DNA of 64,000 bases from the NCBI GenBank assembly GCA_965261595.1, contig CBDHDG010000002.1:289550-353549 (forward strand). The letters are read 5' to 3'. Origin of the DNA: a bacterium. GTDB taxonomy: Bacteria; UBA8248; JACPRG01; G963555815. The position numbers and the translations under genes are program-made. Under the pieces are notes generated by a model. It searched no databases, was not told where the DNA came from, and was given only the letters and a program-made list of their open reading frames with translations. Shown here piece by piece: positions 27,258-38,532 of this stretch; the first letter of the stretch is position 1; each line of letters starts with the position of its first letter.

Positions 27258-29653
27258 GTGGATTCCGGCCAACCGCCATGGTTTGGCGCCAGGATGGAAA
27301 GAAAAGAAGACCGCCGCTTCCTCACCGGCCGGGGCCGGTATGTCGATGACATCCCTTGCCCGGGCGTTTTGCATGCGGCGTTTTTGAGATCTCCCTACGC
27401 GCACGCCCGGATTGTCGACCTCGATCTCTCCGGCTGTCAGGCCGCGGGCGCCGTCGCCGCGTACAAGGCGGAAGACCTGGGCGCGCTCTGGCGGCCTTTC
27501 CCCACCCCGGTTTTCCATCCCGATTTGCGGGGGCGGAACTGGGTTCCCCTGGCCAAGGACAAAGTCAAATTCGTCGGAGAGCCGGTCGCCGTGGCCGTGG
27601 CCGAAACGCGGGCCGCCGCGGAAGACGCCCTGGACGCCGTTCAGGCGAAGTTTGAAGTTCTCCTCGCCGCAAGCCACCCTGTCCAGGCCCTCGAACCCGG
27701 GGCGCCGCTCGTCCATGACGAGCTCGGAGATAACCTGGCCGTTCACCTGGAGGCCAAGATAGGAGACGTGGAAAAGGCGTTGGCCGATTCTCCCCATGTC
27801 GAAAAACTTCAACTGAACATCCAGTGGGGCGGCGGCGGCTCGATGGAATGCCGTGGAGTCCTGGCGCAATATGATTCCCTTTATGACAAGCTTCTCCTTT
27901 ACTCCTCCACGCAGATTCCCCACTTTGTTCGCCAGAAGCTCTCCGTTCTTCTCCAACGGCCCGAAGAATCCATAGACGTGGTCGCCACGGACGTGGGAGG
28001 GGGGTTTGGACCCAAGGCGACGTTTTACCCGGAAGAATTCGTCGTCCCTTGGCTGGCGATCCGGTTGGAGCGTCCCGTCAAGTGGACCGAGGACCGGCTG
28101 GAATACATCCAAACCGGGGTTCAGGAGCGGGAGCAAAGGCACGATGTCACCGTAGGCTTCGACGGTGAAGGACGAATCCTGGCGTTGAAGGTCCAAGCTG
28201 TCGTGGACCTGGGAGCCTATCCGGCGTGGGGGATCGTCGTGCCCATTTTGACGTTGATGTCCATCCCCGGCCCCTACAAGATCAAGCACTTTTTGGGCGA
28301 GATGGACGTCTCGCTTACACCCACCGGGTCGCGGTTGCGCCTGTCAGGGGCGCGGGACGGCCCCAGGCGACCTTCGTCATCGAGCGCACCATGGATCATA
28401 TGGCCCGGAAGCTGGGTCTCGACCGGACGGAGGTGAGGTTCAGGAATTTTGTGCAGCCCGAGGATTTCCCCTATGTGGTCGGCCTTCCGACCCGCGAAGG
28501 CGTGATGACCTATGACAGCGGTGATTACCCGGAACTTCTCCGGCGCGTCCTGGCTCAGGCCGACTATGCGGCCCTGAAAAAAAGGAAAAACCATTCCGCA
28601 AAGGAGGAGGGGGAGGGGGAGGGGGAGGGCCGTTCGGGGAAACTCCTCGGAGTCGGAATCTCCTTCAACATCGAGGAGACGGGGGCGGGCCCTTTTGAAG
28701 GCGCCAGGATACGCGTTGAGCCGGACGGACGAGTCGTGGTTTCAACCGGGGCCTGCTCTCAAGGGCAGGGCCACGAGACCATCTTTTCACAGGTCGCGGC
28801 TGACGCCCTTGACGTTTCCCCGGAAGACATCACCATCGTGGAAGGAGACACCCGGCACATCTCCTACGGGATTGGAACGCTGGCGAGCCGGAGTTCGGTC
28901 ACGGTGTCCTCCGCCATTGTGCTGGCGGCCGGGGCGCTCCGGGAAAAGGCGATTGCGCTTGCCCGGGAATACTTCGAGGCCGGCGGGGAGGACCTGGACA
29001 TGAGGGAAGGGCGGGTTTTCGTCAAAGCGGCGCCGGATCGCTCGGTGACTTTGGGAGAGCTTGCCGCGTTCTCTTTGGGCGCTTCGCCGGGGATCATCCT
29101 CCCGCCGGGGATGAAACCCGGATTGGAGGCGGAAGAGTATTTTGCGCCCGAAAAGGCCGCTTACTCCGCCGGCGCGCACGTGGCAGTGGTCGAAGTCGAT
29201 CCCGAAACCGGTTTCGTCAAGGTCCTTCGGTATGTCGCGGGACATGACTGCGGGAAGATGATCAACCCCCTTTTGGTGGAGGGCCAGATACGCGGCGGCG
29301 TGGTCCACGGATTGGGAGACGTCCTCATCGAAGAAGTGGCGTTCGATGACAGCGGCCAGCCGTTGGCCTCCACCTTTTTGGATTATCTTCTCCCTCTTGC
29401 CTCGGACGTCCCCGCGATTGAAACCCTTTCCATGGAAACCCCCTGCCCCGATAACCTTGTCGGGGTCAAAGGGGCGGGGGAGAGCGGGACAATCGCCGCG
29501 GTGGCCGCCATCGTTTCAGCCGTCGAAGATGCCCTGGCGCCCCTGGGGATCGAGATTCGGGAATCTCCCGTCACGCCGGCGAGATTGAACGAGCTGATTC
29601 GGGGCAAGGAGAGAACCGAAGATGAAAAACGCCCTTCCGAACGGCAATGTTGA
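27258..29653 (+). pseudogene. CoxL-like/xanthine dehydrogenase-family Mo large subunit, frameshifted near 28310
   Basis: Frame 1 has RKEDRRFLTGRGRYVDD, RSPYAHA, VGGGFGPK...PGPYKI...EMDV. It continues in another frame as AYTHRVAVAPVRGAGRPQ, SQGQGHET, GVKGAGESG. The loop is not the form-I CODH AYRCSFR. May be a consensus error. Confidence 0.85.
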
Positions 29654-29723
29654 AGCCGCCGGATGAGCCGTAGCGAAGAGCGGGAGAAGCGTTTCGCTCG
29701 AACCCCATCCAGCGGGAGGAAAC

Positions 29724-31985
29724 ATGTCCAACGCCGTCTATATCGGTCAGGGGCTTGCGCGATCCGACGCCCCTTTGAAAGTCACCGGCCGAGCAAAATT
29801 CGGGTCCGACCACGATAAGAACGACATGCTCTTTGGGCGTGTCCTGCGAAGCCCTTACCCGCATGCCAAAATTCTGGACATCGACACCTCGGCCGCGGAA
29901 AGGCTTCCCGGGGTGAAGGGTGTTGTTACGGGGAAACCTCTTGTGAAACCCGTCGGGATGTTTCTTCAAGATGAACCCCTTTTGGCCACGGATCGTGTCC
30001 GTTACCGGGGCGAGGGGGTTGCGGCCGTTGGGGCCGTTTCCGAAGACATCGCCGAAGACGCCCTTTCTCTCATCCGTGTCGAGTATGAAGAATTGCCCGC
30101 CGTTTTCGATCCCGAATCCGCCATGGCCGAAGACGCGCCGCGTGTTCATGAAGACAAGGAAAATGCCATTGACAGGTTCCGCGTGACGTTCGGTGATGTG
30201 GAGCGGGGATTTCAGGATGCCGATGTCATCGTGGAGAACCGGTACACCACCGGGCGGGTGGCCCATCTTGCCTTGGAGCCCCGGTCCACCCTGGCTACGT
30301 ATGATTTGGGCGGTAAGCTCACCGTAGAGAAATCCTCCCAGTCGGTTTACGGCGAGCGCGCGCTGCTCTCCGAAGCCCTGGGAATCCCTCAAAGCAAGAT
30401 CCGCGTCGTGAGCTCCTTCGTGGGCGGGGCCTTCGGAAGCAAGGAGGAGCCGTTGGCCCTGGACGCGGGGGCGACGTTGTTGGCGATGAAGACCGGCCGG
30501 CCCGTCAAGGTCACGCACACCCGGGAAGACGAGTTTCACACGCGGCTCCGTCACCCGTTCATCATCCAATCGCGCCATGGCGCGAAAAAGGATGGTTCTC
30601 TGACAGCCGTTCATTACAAGGTGATCATCGACAACGGCGCGTACACCAGCCTCGGGACCGCCGTTTCACGGGCGGCGTCCACACTGGGCGGATCGCTCTA
30701 CCGCCTGCCCCATTATCTGGCCGAGAGCGTTCTCGTTTATACGCACCATCCTCCCTGCGGCGCGATGCGCGGCTTCGGCAATCCGCAAATCACGTTCGCC
30801 CAGGAACAGCAAATGGACCTCCTGGCCGCGGAATTGGGACTGGACCCTGTCGAAATCCGTTTGCGCAACGCCGTGGAGACGGGGGATGAATCCGCCTCCG
30901 GCGCCATCCTGAAAAGCTGTGGTTTGAAAGAGTGCATTCAAAAAGCGGCGGAGCGGTTCGGTTGGGCCGAGAAGCGGAAGAACCCGAAACCCAATCGGGG
31001 GATCGGGGTGGCCTGCGGCGTTCACTTCACCAGCAGCCGGGAAACCGCGCTGGACTGTTCGGCCGTCACCCTGAAGATGAACCTGGACGGCAGTCTCATT
31101 CTGATCGCGGGCACATCCGAAATGGGGACCGGGTCGGACAGCTTGTTGGGCCAAATCGCGGCGGAGATACTGGGCATTCCTCCGGAGGAGATCGAAATCA
31201 TCCGCGGGGACACGGAAACCACGCCCTTCTGCCTCGGGATCTGGGGGAGCCGGGTCACGACGATGGCCGGAAAAGCGACCCAGATGGCGGCGGAGGAAGT
31301 CAGGGGACTGGTGGCGGAGACCGTCGCGGAAAAGCTGGAAGTCGGCCCGGACGACCTCATGTTCCGCGACAAAAGGGTCTTCGTGCCGGGATCTCCCGGC
31401 CAGGGCGTGGACCTGGCGGACGCGGTCATGTCGACCGTTCTGCGGCGTCATGGTCAGGAGCTCATCACGAAGGCGCAATACGACGCGGTCTCGGAATGTC
31501 TGGACGAGGAGACCGGCCGGGGGAATTATTCTCAGGCCTGGTCTTTCACGGCCAAGATTGTGGAAGTGGAGGTCAACCCCGAAACGGGCCTTGTAGAGGT
31601 CCAAAGGTTGATCTCTTCGGTGGATTTGGGAAAGGCGATCAACCCGAAGGGGGCCGAGGGGCAAATCGAGGGGAGCGCCCAGATGGGGTTGGGATTCGCC
31701 CTGTCGGAGGAATGCGTTTGGGAAAACGGTCTTCCCGTCAACGCAACCATGGTGGATTACAAGATGCCCGCTTCCATCGACATGCCCCCGGTCGACGCCA
31801 TCCTGGTGGAGTCCAACGATCCCTATGGTCCGTTCGGCGCCAAAGGACTCGGTGAGATGGCGCTGGTGGGCGTTGCCGCGGCTGTCTCCAACGCCGTCCA
31901 TGACGCCACCGGGGTCCGAATCAAAGACGCGCCGATCACCTCGGAGAAGGTGTATTTCGGCCTCCGAAACCTCCAGGTGGATTAA
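29724..31985 (+). CDS. Xanthine dehydrogenase-family molybdopterin-binding large subunit
   Basis: KVTGRA, RSPYPHA, VGGAFGSK, AMRGFGNPQ, GQIEG, GPFGAKGLGE. Confidence 0.93.
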   Translation: MSNAVYIGQGLARSDAPLKVTGRAKFGSDHDKNDMLFGRVLRSPYPHAKILDIDTSAAERLPGVKGVVTGKPLVKPVGMFLQDEPLLATDRVRYRGEGVAAVGAVSEDIAEDALSLIRVEYEELPAVFDPESAMAEDAPRVHEDKENAIDRFRVTFGDVERGFQDADVIVENRYTTGRVAHLALEPRSTLATYDLGGKLTVEKSSQSVYGERALLSEALGIPQSKIRVVSSFVGGAFGSKEEPLALDAGATLLAMKTGRPVKVTHTREDEFHTRLRHPFIIQSRHGAKKDGSLTAVHYKVIIDNGAYTSLGTAVSRAASTLGGSLYRLPHYLAESVLVYTHHPPCGAMRGFGNPQITFAQEQQMDLLAAELGLDPVEIRLRNAVETGDESASGAILKSCGLKECIQKAAERFGWAEKRKNPKPNRGIGVACGVHFTSSRETALDCSAVTLKMNLDGSLILIAGTSEMGTGSDSLLGQIAAEILGIPPEEIEIIRGDTETTPFCLGIWGSRVTTMAGKATQMAAEEVRGLVAETVAEKLEVGPDDLMFRDKRVFVPGSPGQGVDLADAVMSTVLRRHGQELITKAQYDAVSECLDEETGRGNYSQAWSFTAKIVEVEVNPETGLVEVQRLISSVDLGKAINPKGAEGQIEGSAQMGLGFALSEECVWENGLPVNATMVDYKMPASIDMPPVDAILVESNDPYGPFGAKGLGEMALVGVAAAVSNAVHDATGVRIKDAPITSEKVYFGLRNLQVD

Positions 31986-32339
31986 TCGCGCCGACAATCA
32001 GAGACCTATTCATTCCTCATGACGGCGTCAAGGCATGGGGGTGAAGTGTTTCGATGATGGATTTGAGACTATATTCTTCTGACCCGGATTTTGGACCCTT
32101 TTTACTTCCTTACATGTTTGAACTTACCCTGGTTTCGTGGAGAGTTAAGGGCTCGAATGATCATGTCCTGTAACAGGATTGTCGTCACCCTTCCTCTCGT
32201 GCGGCAGTCGAATTTCAGTTCCGAACGCCCCCACATCTCCGAACCGGCTATAATCTCCTGGGATGAGGTCCCGCCGGGGGCCTTGAAAGGGTGAGTTGAA
32301 TCCGCGTCCCCGGATCTGTCCGGGAGAGGGGAGAGAAGT

Positions 32340-33879
32340 TTGCTCGCCAAGGTCCTATCCGCCGCTGTTCTCGGCATCGAGGCCTTCGCGGTGGAGGTCG
32401 AGGTCGATCTCTCCTCCGGCCTGCCCGCCTTTACGACCGTCGGCCTGCCCGACGCGGCGGTGAAGGAGTCGCGCGACCGGGTCGCCGCGGCCGTGAAGAA
32501 CACCGGCTTTCAGTTCCCCCTGAAGAAGATCACCGTGAATTTGGCCCCCGCCGACGTCCGGAAAGAAGGCTCGGCGTTCGACCTGCCCATCGCCGTGGGG
32601 ATTCTCCGGGCCTCGGGGATCATCTCGGGGGATCGGCTGGACGGCCATCTGCTGCTGGGCGAGCTCTCCCTGGACGGGCGGGTGAAGCCGATCAAGGGCG
32701 CGCTCCCCATCGCCGCGGGCATGCGGGGCAGGAAGGGGCTCAGCGGCCTGATCCTTCCCCGAAAAAACGCCCCCGAGGCCGCGGCGGTGTCGAAAGAGGT
32801 TTCCATCCTGGCGGCGGACACGCTTCCGCAGGTGGTCGAGCACCTGAACGGGGAGCAGGAGCTGGACCGGGTGGCGGTGGACACGAAGGCGGAATTCGGC
32901 CGGCCCCGGCGCCATGAAGTGGACCTGTCGGAGATCCGCGGCCAGCAGCACGCCAAGCGGGCGATGGAAGTGGCGTGCGCGGGCGGGCACAACATCCTGA
33001 TGATTGGCCCTCCGGGTTCGGGCAAGTCGATGCTGGCCCAGCGCATCCCGACCATCCTGTCGGAGCTGACGCTGGAGGAGGCCATCGAGACCAGCAAGGT
33101 CCACTCGGTTCTGGGCCTCACGGGAGACGGTGCGTCTCTCGTCTCGACGCGGCCTTACCGGCCGCCGCATCACACCATCTCCGACGCCGGTCTCATCGGC
33201 GGGGGAAGCTTCCCCATGCCGGGCGAGGTTTCGATGGCCCACAACGGCGTCCTGTTCCTGGATGAGCTGCCCGTAGTTCAGGCGGAACGTCCTGGAGGTC
33301 CTGCGCCAGCCGCTGGAAGAGGGAATGGTGACCATCTCCCGGGCGATGGGGTCGGTTTCTTACCCGGCCCGGTTCATGCTGGCGGCCGCGATGAACCCTT
33401 GCCCCTGCGGGTATTGCGGCGACACGGAGCGGCCCTGCACGTGCACGCCGCTGAAGATCAGGAGCTACCGGTCCAGGGTGTCAGGGCCGCTTCTGGACCG
33501 CATCGACATCCACATCGAGGCCCCCCGGGGTCCGTACCGGGAGCTTTCGGCGGAGGCCGGCGGGGAGACGAGCTCGGACGTTCGCGGCCGGGTCAACCGG
33601 GCGCGGGAGGTTCAGCGGGCGCGGTTCAAGGGGAAGAAGATTTTCTGCAACGCCCATATGGGCCCGAGGCACATCGCCTGGTATTGCGGGCTGGGAGAAG
33701 AGGAAAAGAAGCTTCTGGAGACGGCGATGGAACGGCTTGCCCTCTCGGCCCGTGCGTATCACCGGATCATCAAAGTCGCCCGGACGATCGCCGATCTGGC
33801 CGGGGAGGAAGACATCTCCACCCCCCACCTGGCCGAGGCGATCCAGTACCGCTCGCTGGACCGGGAGGTGTGGGCCTGA
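32340..33879 (+). pseudogene. comM: ComM/YifB Mg-chelatase-like AAA+ ATPase with a +1 insertion at 33274
   Basis: [40 protein letters not shown]. Removing the T at 33274 (CCC G[T]AG TTC) restores [21 protein letters not shown] and joins to AAMNPCPCG...SGPLLDRID...ARTIADL. Confidence 0.92.
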
Positions 33880-34006
33880 CGATTCGCCGTGCGGAGTCTT
33901 CTCGCGGAAGCGTTGGCATGGAAGCGCCGATGACCCTTCACCTGTTTGCTTGTCCCCTTTGAACGAATCAGCCGCGGTTTTTGGCGAACACAGAGGAAAG
34001 GACGTG

Positions 34007-35449
34007 ATGAAGACCAAGATTCGGGGCGGATACGTGGTGGCTTTTGATGGGGAGACCCACAGGGTGCACCGCGACGGAAGTGTCGTTTTCGAAGATTCCC
34101 GGATCGTTCACGCCGGGGGCGCCGACGGGGAGGACGCCGAACATGTGATCGACGCGCGGGGGAAACTGGTCCTGCCGGGTCTGATCAACACGCATTTCCA
34201 TGCGAACAGCGAGGCGGGCGGGCGCATCATCGCCGATGTGGGAAGGCCGGACTTCTTCCAGACCGGCTATCTGAATTATTGGGCCGTCCCGGTCGGCAAA
34301 AAGGGGATTCGCTTCCTGGAAAGGGCCGAGGCGGGCGGCAAGTACGCGATGGTCGAGCTCCTGAAAAGCGGGTGCACGACCGCCGTCGAATTGGGAAACG
34401 AGCCCAATTACGAGGACCTCGTCGCCGTAGCCGGAGAGCTCGGCCTCCGGGCCTATATGGGACCCAGCTTCAGCTCATGCTTTCACCGGACGGGCGATCG
34501 GGGGCAACTGGTTTATGAGTGGAACGAGGCCGGGGGCCGGGACGGATTGAAACGGGCCTGCAACCTCGTGCGAAATTTCGACGGGGCCTACAACGGCCGC
34601 ATTCGGGGGATTCTGAACCCCGCGCAGGCGGATACGTGCAGCCCGGAGCTCCTGGCCGCCGCCCGGGACGCGGCCGAGGCGCTGGACGTTCCCGTCCAGG
34701 TCCACGCTTCCCAGAACCTCATGGAGTTTCATGAGATCCTGCGGCGGTGCCGGATGACCCCCATCGAGTTCCTGGCCGATGTCGGAATCCTGGGCCCGAG
34801 GACGCTGCTGGGACACTGCATCGTTACGACCGCCCACAGCTTTTCGGCCTACCCGGGAGGGCGCGACCTCGAGGTCATCGCGGATTCGGGGAGCACCGTC
34901 GCCCACTGCCCGCTGGTCTTCGCCCGCAGGGGAAACGCCCTCCAGAGCTTCAGCCGGTACCGCAAGGCCGGGATCAACATATCCCTGGGAACCGACACGT
35001 ATCCCCGGGACCTGATCAGTGAAATGCGCTGGGCCTCTTTGATGGGGAAGGTCGTGGACCACGACTTCGCCGCCGCGACGGCCCGGGACGTCTTTAACGC
35101 CGCCACCCTGGCCGGGGCGCGCGCGCTGGGCCGCGAGGACCTCGGCAGGCTCTCGCCGGGGGCGAAGGCCGACATCGTCATCGTCGACCTGGCAAACCTT
35201 CGGGTCGGCCCGCTCCGAGACCCCATTCGGGCCCTGGTGAACTGCGCCTCTTCGGCGGACGTCGAGACGGTGATCATCGACGGCCGGGTTGTGGTCGAGG
35301 GGGGGCGGGTGAATGGTGTGGACGAAGAGGCCCTGCTGGCCGAGGTTCAGGCCGAGGCCGATCAACAGTGGGAATCCCTGCCCCGGTTTCACTGGCAGGG
35401 CCTCACGGCCGATGAGCTCTCGCCGCCTTCATTTCCCTGGGGGGAGTAG
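34007..35449 (+). CDS. Amidohydrolase (AtzA/chlorohydrolase/deaminase-like)
   Basis: PGLINTHFH, QVHASQ, LGHC, AHCP, LGTDTYP, GAKADIV. Confidence 0.9.
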   Translation: MKTKIRGGYVVAFDGETHRVHRDGSVVFEDSRIVHAGGADGEDAEHVIDARGKLVLPGLINTHFHANSEAGGRIIADVGRPDFFQTGYLNYWAVPVGKKGIRFLERAEAGGKYAMVELLKSGCTTAVELGNEPNYEDLVAVAGELGLRAYMGPSFSSCFHRTGDRGQLVYEWNEAGGRDGLKRACNLVRNFDGAYNGRIRGILNPAQADTCSPELLAAARDAAEALDVPVQVHASQNLMEFHEILRRCRMTPIEFLADVGILGPRTLLGHCIVTTAHSFSAYPGGRDLEVIADSGSTVAHCPLVFARRGNALQSFSRYRKAGINISLGTDTYPRDLISEMRWASLMGKVVDHDFAAATARDVFNAATLAGARALGREDLGRLSPGAKADIVIVDLANLRVGPLRDPIRALVNCASSADVETVIIDGRVVVEGGRVNGVDEEALLAEVQAEADQQWESLPRFHWQGLTADELSPPSFPWGE

Positions 35450-35596
35450 GTCGGCCGTCTCGCCGGCGGTCCCGACGGGCCGCGCTTGTCGTGTCTTTTC
35501 GATGGTTTGACAAATCGGGCTTAGAGTCGTCCCTCCTCCGTCCGGAGGGGGGGGAGCCTGTCTCCTCTTCACAATGCGGAGGCCGGTTTCAACTCA

Positions 35597-36676
35597 TCAA
35601 TCGAATTCTATGAAAGAAGCTGTTTTTTCCATCTTTGACTTGACCAGAGTCGCAATTTCCTCCACCTGTTCAGGTTTCACGGTGATTTCGGGCATTCCTT
35701 CTTGAATTTTTACTGTGGCCGTTTTGGTGGCCCGGCTCCATTCCCCCGAGTTGTTTTCCTCTACTTTATTACCATCCGAGAGGCATTCAACGGGCTTGCC
35801 GGGGAGCAGAAGATCGCCGTAGCAGGCCTCAATGATGTGGGAGGTTTTCAGGGCGTTTCTGAAATAGTTTTCTTCGGGCCCATCCGATTCTTTGAAGCTG
35901 ACCGCTTCTATGACGAATGTCGGAAACCGCATGTTCTTGAGAATCATTGGATTATACTTTTCCCCCGCTTCCTCGATGTTTTGCGTGTCCGCGGAGGGGC
36001 CGGTGGCGCCGTAGAAGTTTGAAATATTCGGCGTGTCCGCCATCTCGGTCATGATCAGCTTAGACAAGTAGACGGCCCCGATGTCATGGAATAGGCCGAC
36101 GAGGTAACAATTCTCCGGATTTTTCCCCCGGAAAACCGTCGCATGGCAATAAGAAGTCATCGCGATCAGGGAGCAATGTTGTCGAAGGCTCTTGAACCAA
36201 AGCCGGCCGCATTCGTTCTCCTTGGTTGTGTGAAGGGAAAGGTCGTAATTCAACGCAAAGTTCTGGACCACAGTGAAGCCCAGCCGGACAAACGCCTGTT
36301 TCAAGTTTTCCGTCTTGGCCCGGGCGCGATATTCGCCGGAATTGGCTTCGACGATGCATTGCAGGGCGAGATGAAAATCCGTTTCAATGCAGAGCAGGAC
36401 CTTGTCGATAAAGTCCGGGCTGTTGGTGTTGAGGGTTCGAAACGTGGCCAAAGCGGCCGGTTCTTTCAAAATGTTTACCGGCGGAGTCTCCTCGCTGAAG
36501 GCCTCGACCAGCTTCTCTTCCAGTCGGAATTCATTCTTTTTTGGGGCGCCGTTGACGGGTTCGAGCGGCCGGCGCGCGACTCCGTTTGCGGTTCTGACCG
36601 CCAGCCGCCTTCTTGGGTTAGCCGACAAGGATGTCAACGAAGAGGCTGAGGAGGTCTGTGTCGTAGTATCCTTCAT
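35597..36676 (-). CDS. HDOD-domain signal-transduction protein (start uncertain)
   Basis: IETDFHLA...ANS...AFVRLG...LW..S...CYLVGLFHDIG pattern; AT-richer than neighbouring genes. Confidence 0.7.
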   Translation of the reverse strand: MKDTTTQTSSASSLTSLSANPRRRLAVRTANGVARRPLEPVNGAPKKNEFRLEEKLVEAFSEETPPVNILKEPAALATFRTLNTNSPDFIDKVLLCIETDFHLALQCIVEANSGEYRARAKTENLKQAFVRLGFTVVQNFALNYDLSLHTTKENECGRLWFKSLRQHCSLIAMTSYCHATVFRGKNPENCYLVGLFHDIGAVYLSKLIMTEMADTPNISNFYGATGPSADTQNIEEAGEKYNPMILKNMRFPTFVIEAVSFKESDGPEENYFRNALKTSHIIEACYGDLLLPGKPVECLSDGNKVEENNSGEWSRATKTATVKIQEGMPEITVKPEQVEEIATLVKSKMEKTASFIEFD

Positions 36677-37089
36677 TGTCAACCCTCATGATCCATAGTG
36701 CGTCGTAGGGTGAGAGCGCCGGCCGATAGGCTTTCCGTGTGGTCAGCGAGGAAAAGTCGTCCGCGATAGAACAGATGCGGGCCAGAATCGGGATGTCATC
36801 GCCGCTGAGCTGGCTCGGGTATCTGTTTCCGTCATAATGTTCCCGGTGATTTCGAACGATCTCAATGGCCCTCTCCCCAGTGATTCCCCATTCCGTCAGA
36901 ATCGATACGCTTCGTTCGGGAATCTGCCGGATGATCCTCCACTCCATGCTGTTGGGTTTGCAGGGTTTGTTGAGGATCCCCTTGTCGATGTGGACTTTGC
37001 CGATGTCATGACTGATGAATCCGAGGGCGATCTCTTCCTTATCCTTGTCTGTAAATTGGATGTGGGAAAGCTCGTTGACGATCATTATG

Positions 37090-38532
37090 GAGGGTGTCCC
37101 GAATTCAGTTGAAGGTTTGAGGCGGCGGTCCGTGTGCGGTTCACCTTATGCGACCTCCTCTCGGGTGTCAAAGCGGGGCTCGTCCAGAACGGCCTTCAGG
37201 ATCCACAGGTCCCGGTAGCCGTCCAGGCGACGGAAGTTCTTCTCGGTGGCGAGGAAGGCGGAAGCGGCCCACCTTTTCACCATCGCCCCGTCCCGCCAGC
37301 GGCCGACGCGCCGGGTGCGCATCCGCACCCCCGAACAGGGACTCTCGATCAGGTTCGTGCTCACCAGGCAGCGCCGAAGGCCGGGCGGAAGAGCCAAGCG
37401 GTTGACGGTGAAGATCTCCTCCAGACCCTCCAAAAGGCTGGCGGCCGCGTCCGGATGCTCGATCTGAAGCCACCGGGCCTGCTTGCGCAGACGGGCAATC
37501 CCCTCCTTCGGCGCCAGCCGCCAGGCCGCCTTCATCGTCGCCTTCACCGGATCCTTCAACTCCTCGGGCAGGTGGTCCATCACGTTCTTCACCTTGTGGT
37601 TGCGGCACCGCTGCACCGGATTGTCGTCCCCGTACACCCGGTCAATCGCCGCACGAAGCGCCCTCGAGCCGTCGATGACGAAAAGCCGACGCCGCCCGGG
37701 CCGCACGCCGCGCTCCACCAACTCCTCAAGAAGCGCCGTCACGACCGTGGCGTTCTCGGTGGCGCCCGACCTCAGGCCCAGAACGTGCTTTTGGCCCCGT
37801 GTGTCCACCCCAACGGCCACGATGACGTGATGCGCGCCGAAGCGCAGACCGTCCAGGTAGAGGATGAGGAGGTCGATGTCGTCAAAACGCCGCTCACAAA
37901 GACGCCGCAGCTTCGCCTCGGCCGCCTCGATGCTCTCCCGGCTCACGGCCGACTTCGACACCCCCACCGTCTCGGCCAGCTCGGGAAGAACGGCCGCGTA
38001 GTTCCGCGTCGAGACCCCTCGCATCAGCAAATCCAGCATCCGCTCCCCCAGCCCAGGGTCGGCCTGCATGGCCGCATACGCCGGCACCTCCACCTCCCCG
38101 CCCCGACCCTGGCCCCGGCGGCGAAGCCGCGGCTTTCTCACCTTCAGCTTGCGCCCCTTCAGGGTCACCCGGCCCCCCTGGCTGCCGTGCCGGCGGACCT
38201 CGCCACCCCGCTTGCCTGGATGCGGCGCGCCCGTCAAGCCCTTGGCCGACAGCAAAAGCACGGCCTCCAGGCCCGCCCGGCCCATGACGTCCATCAGGTC
38301 CTCCACCGCCAGTTGGGACTGCTCCACCAGCGACACCAGAGGAAAAAACGCCTGCCCGTGCTCCGCCACAAAGGCGGCCAACCTTTGGGTCTCTTTCTTC
38401 TCGATGATCTGGTAAGCTTCACTCATGGCGGTTCCTCCTCTTTGAATGTTTGCCAACCCGATTCTAACCGAGTCGGCAGGAGTGAACCGCCACCTCTTTT
38501 TCTCAACCTTCAACTATGAATGGGACAGGCTC
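37090..38532 (-). mobile_element. IS256-family insertion sequence (1443 bp)
   Basis: Imperfect IRs GAGGGTGTCCCGAATTCAGTTGAAGGTT / GAGCCTGTCCCATTCATAGTTGAAGGTT; 8-bp TSD TCATTATG at 37082-37089 and 38533-38540. Confidence 0.95.
37146..38426 (-). CDS. IS256-family DDE transposase
   Basis: GVSTR, LYLDG, FVIDG, QRCRNH, STNLIES; GAGGAGGA RBS before ATG 38426. Confidence 0.95.
   Translation of the reverse strand: MSEAYQIIEKKETQRLAAFVAEHGQAFFPLVSLVEQSQLAVEDLMDVMGRAGLEAVLLLSAKGLTGAPHPGKRGGEVRRHGSQGGRVTLKGRKLKVRKPRLRRRGQGRGGEVEVPAYAAMQADPGLGERMLDLLMRGVSTRNYAAVLPELAETVGVSKSAVSRESIEAAEAKLRRLCERRFDDIDLLILYLDGLRFGAHHVIVAVGVDTRGQKHVLGLRSGATENATVVTALLEELVERGVRPGRRRLFVIDGSRALRAAIDRVYGDDNPVQRCRNHKVKNVMDHLPEELKDPVKATMKAAWRLAPKEGIARLRKQARWLQIEHPDAAASLLEGLEEIFTVNRLALPPGLRRCLVSTNLIESPCSGVRMRTRRVGRWRDGAMVKRWAASAFLATEKNFRRLDGYRDLWILKAVLDEPRFDTREEVA

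Noticed and set aside
28601..28630. GGGGAG repeats encoding EEGEGEGEG
   Set aside because: In-frame low-complexity linker; a 6-bp unit would not shift the frame.
27258..29653. Aerobic CO dehydrogenase (coxL form I)
   Set aside because: The active-site loop is PVRGAGR rather than AYRCSFR, and there are no coxM/coxS or accessory genes.
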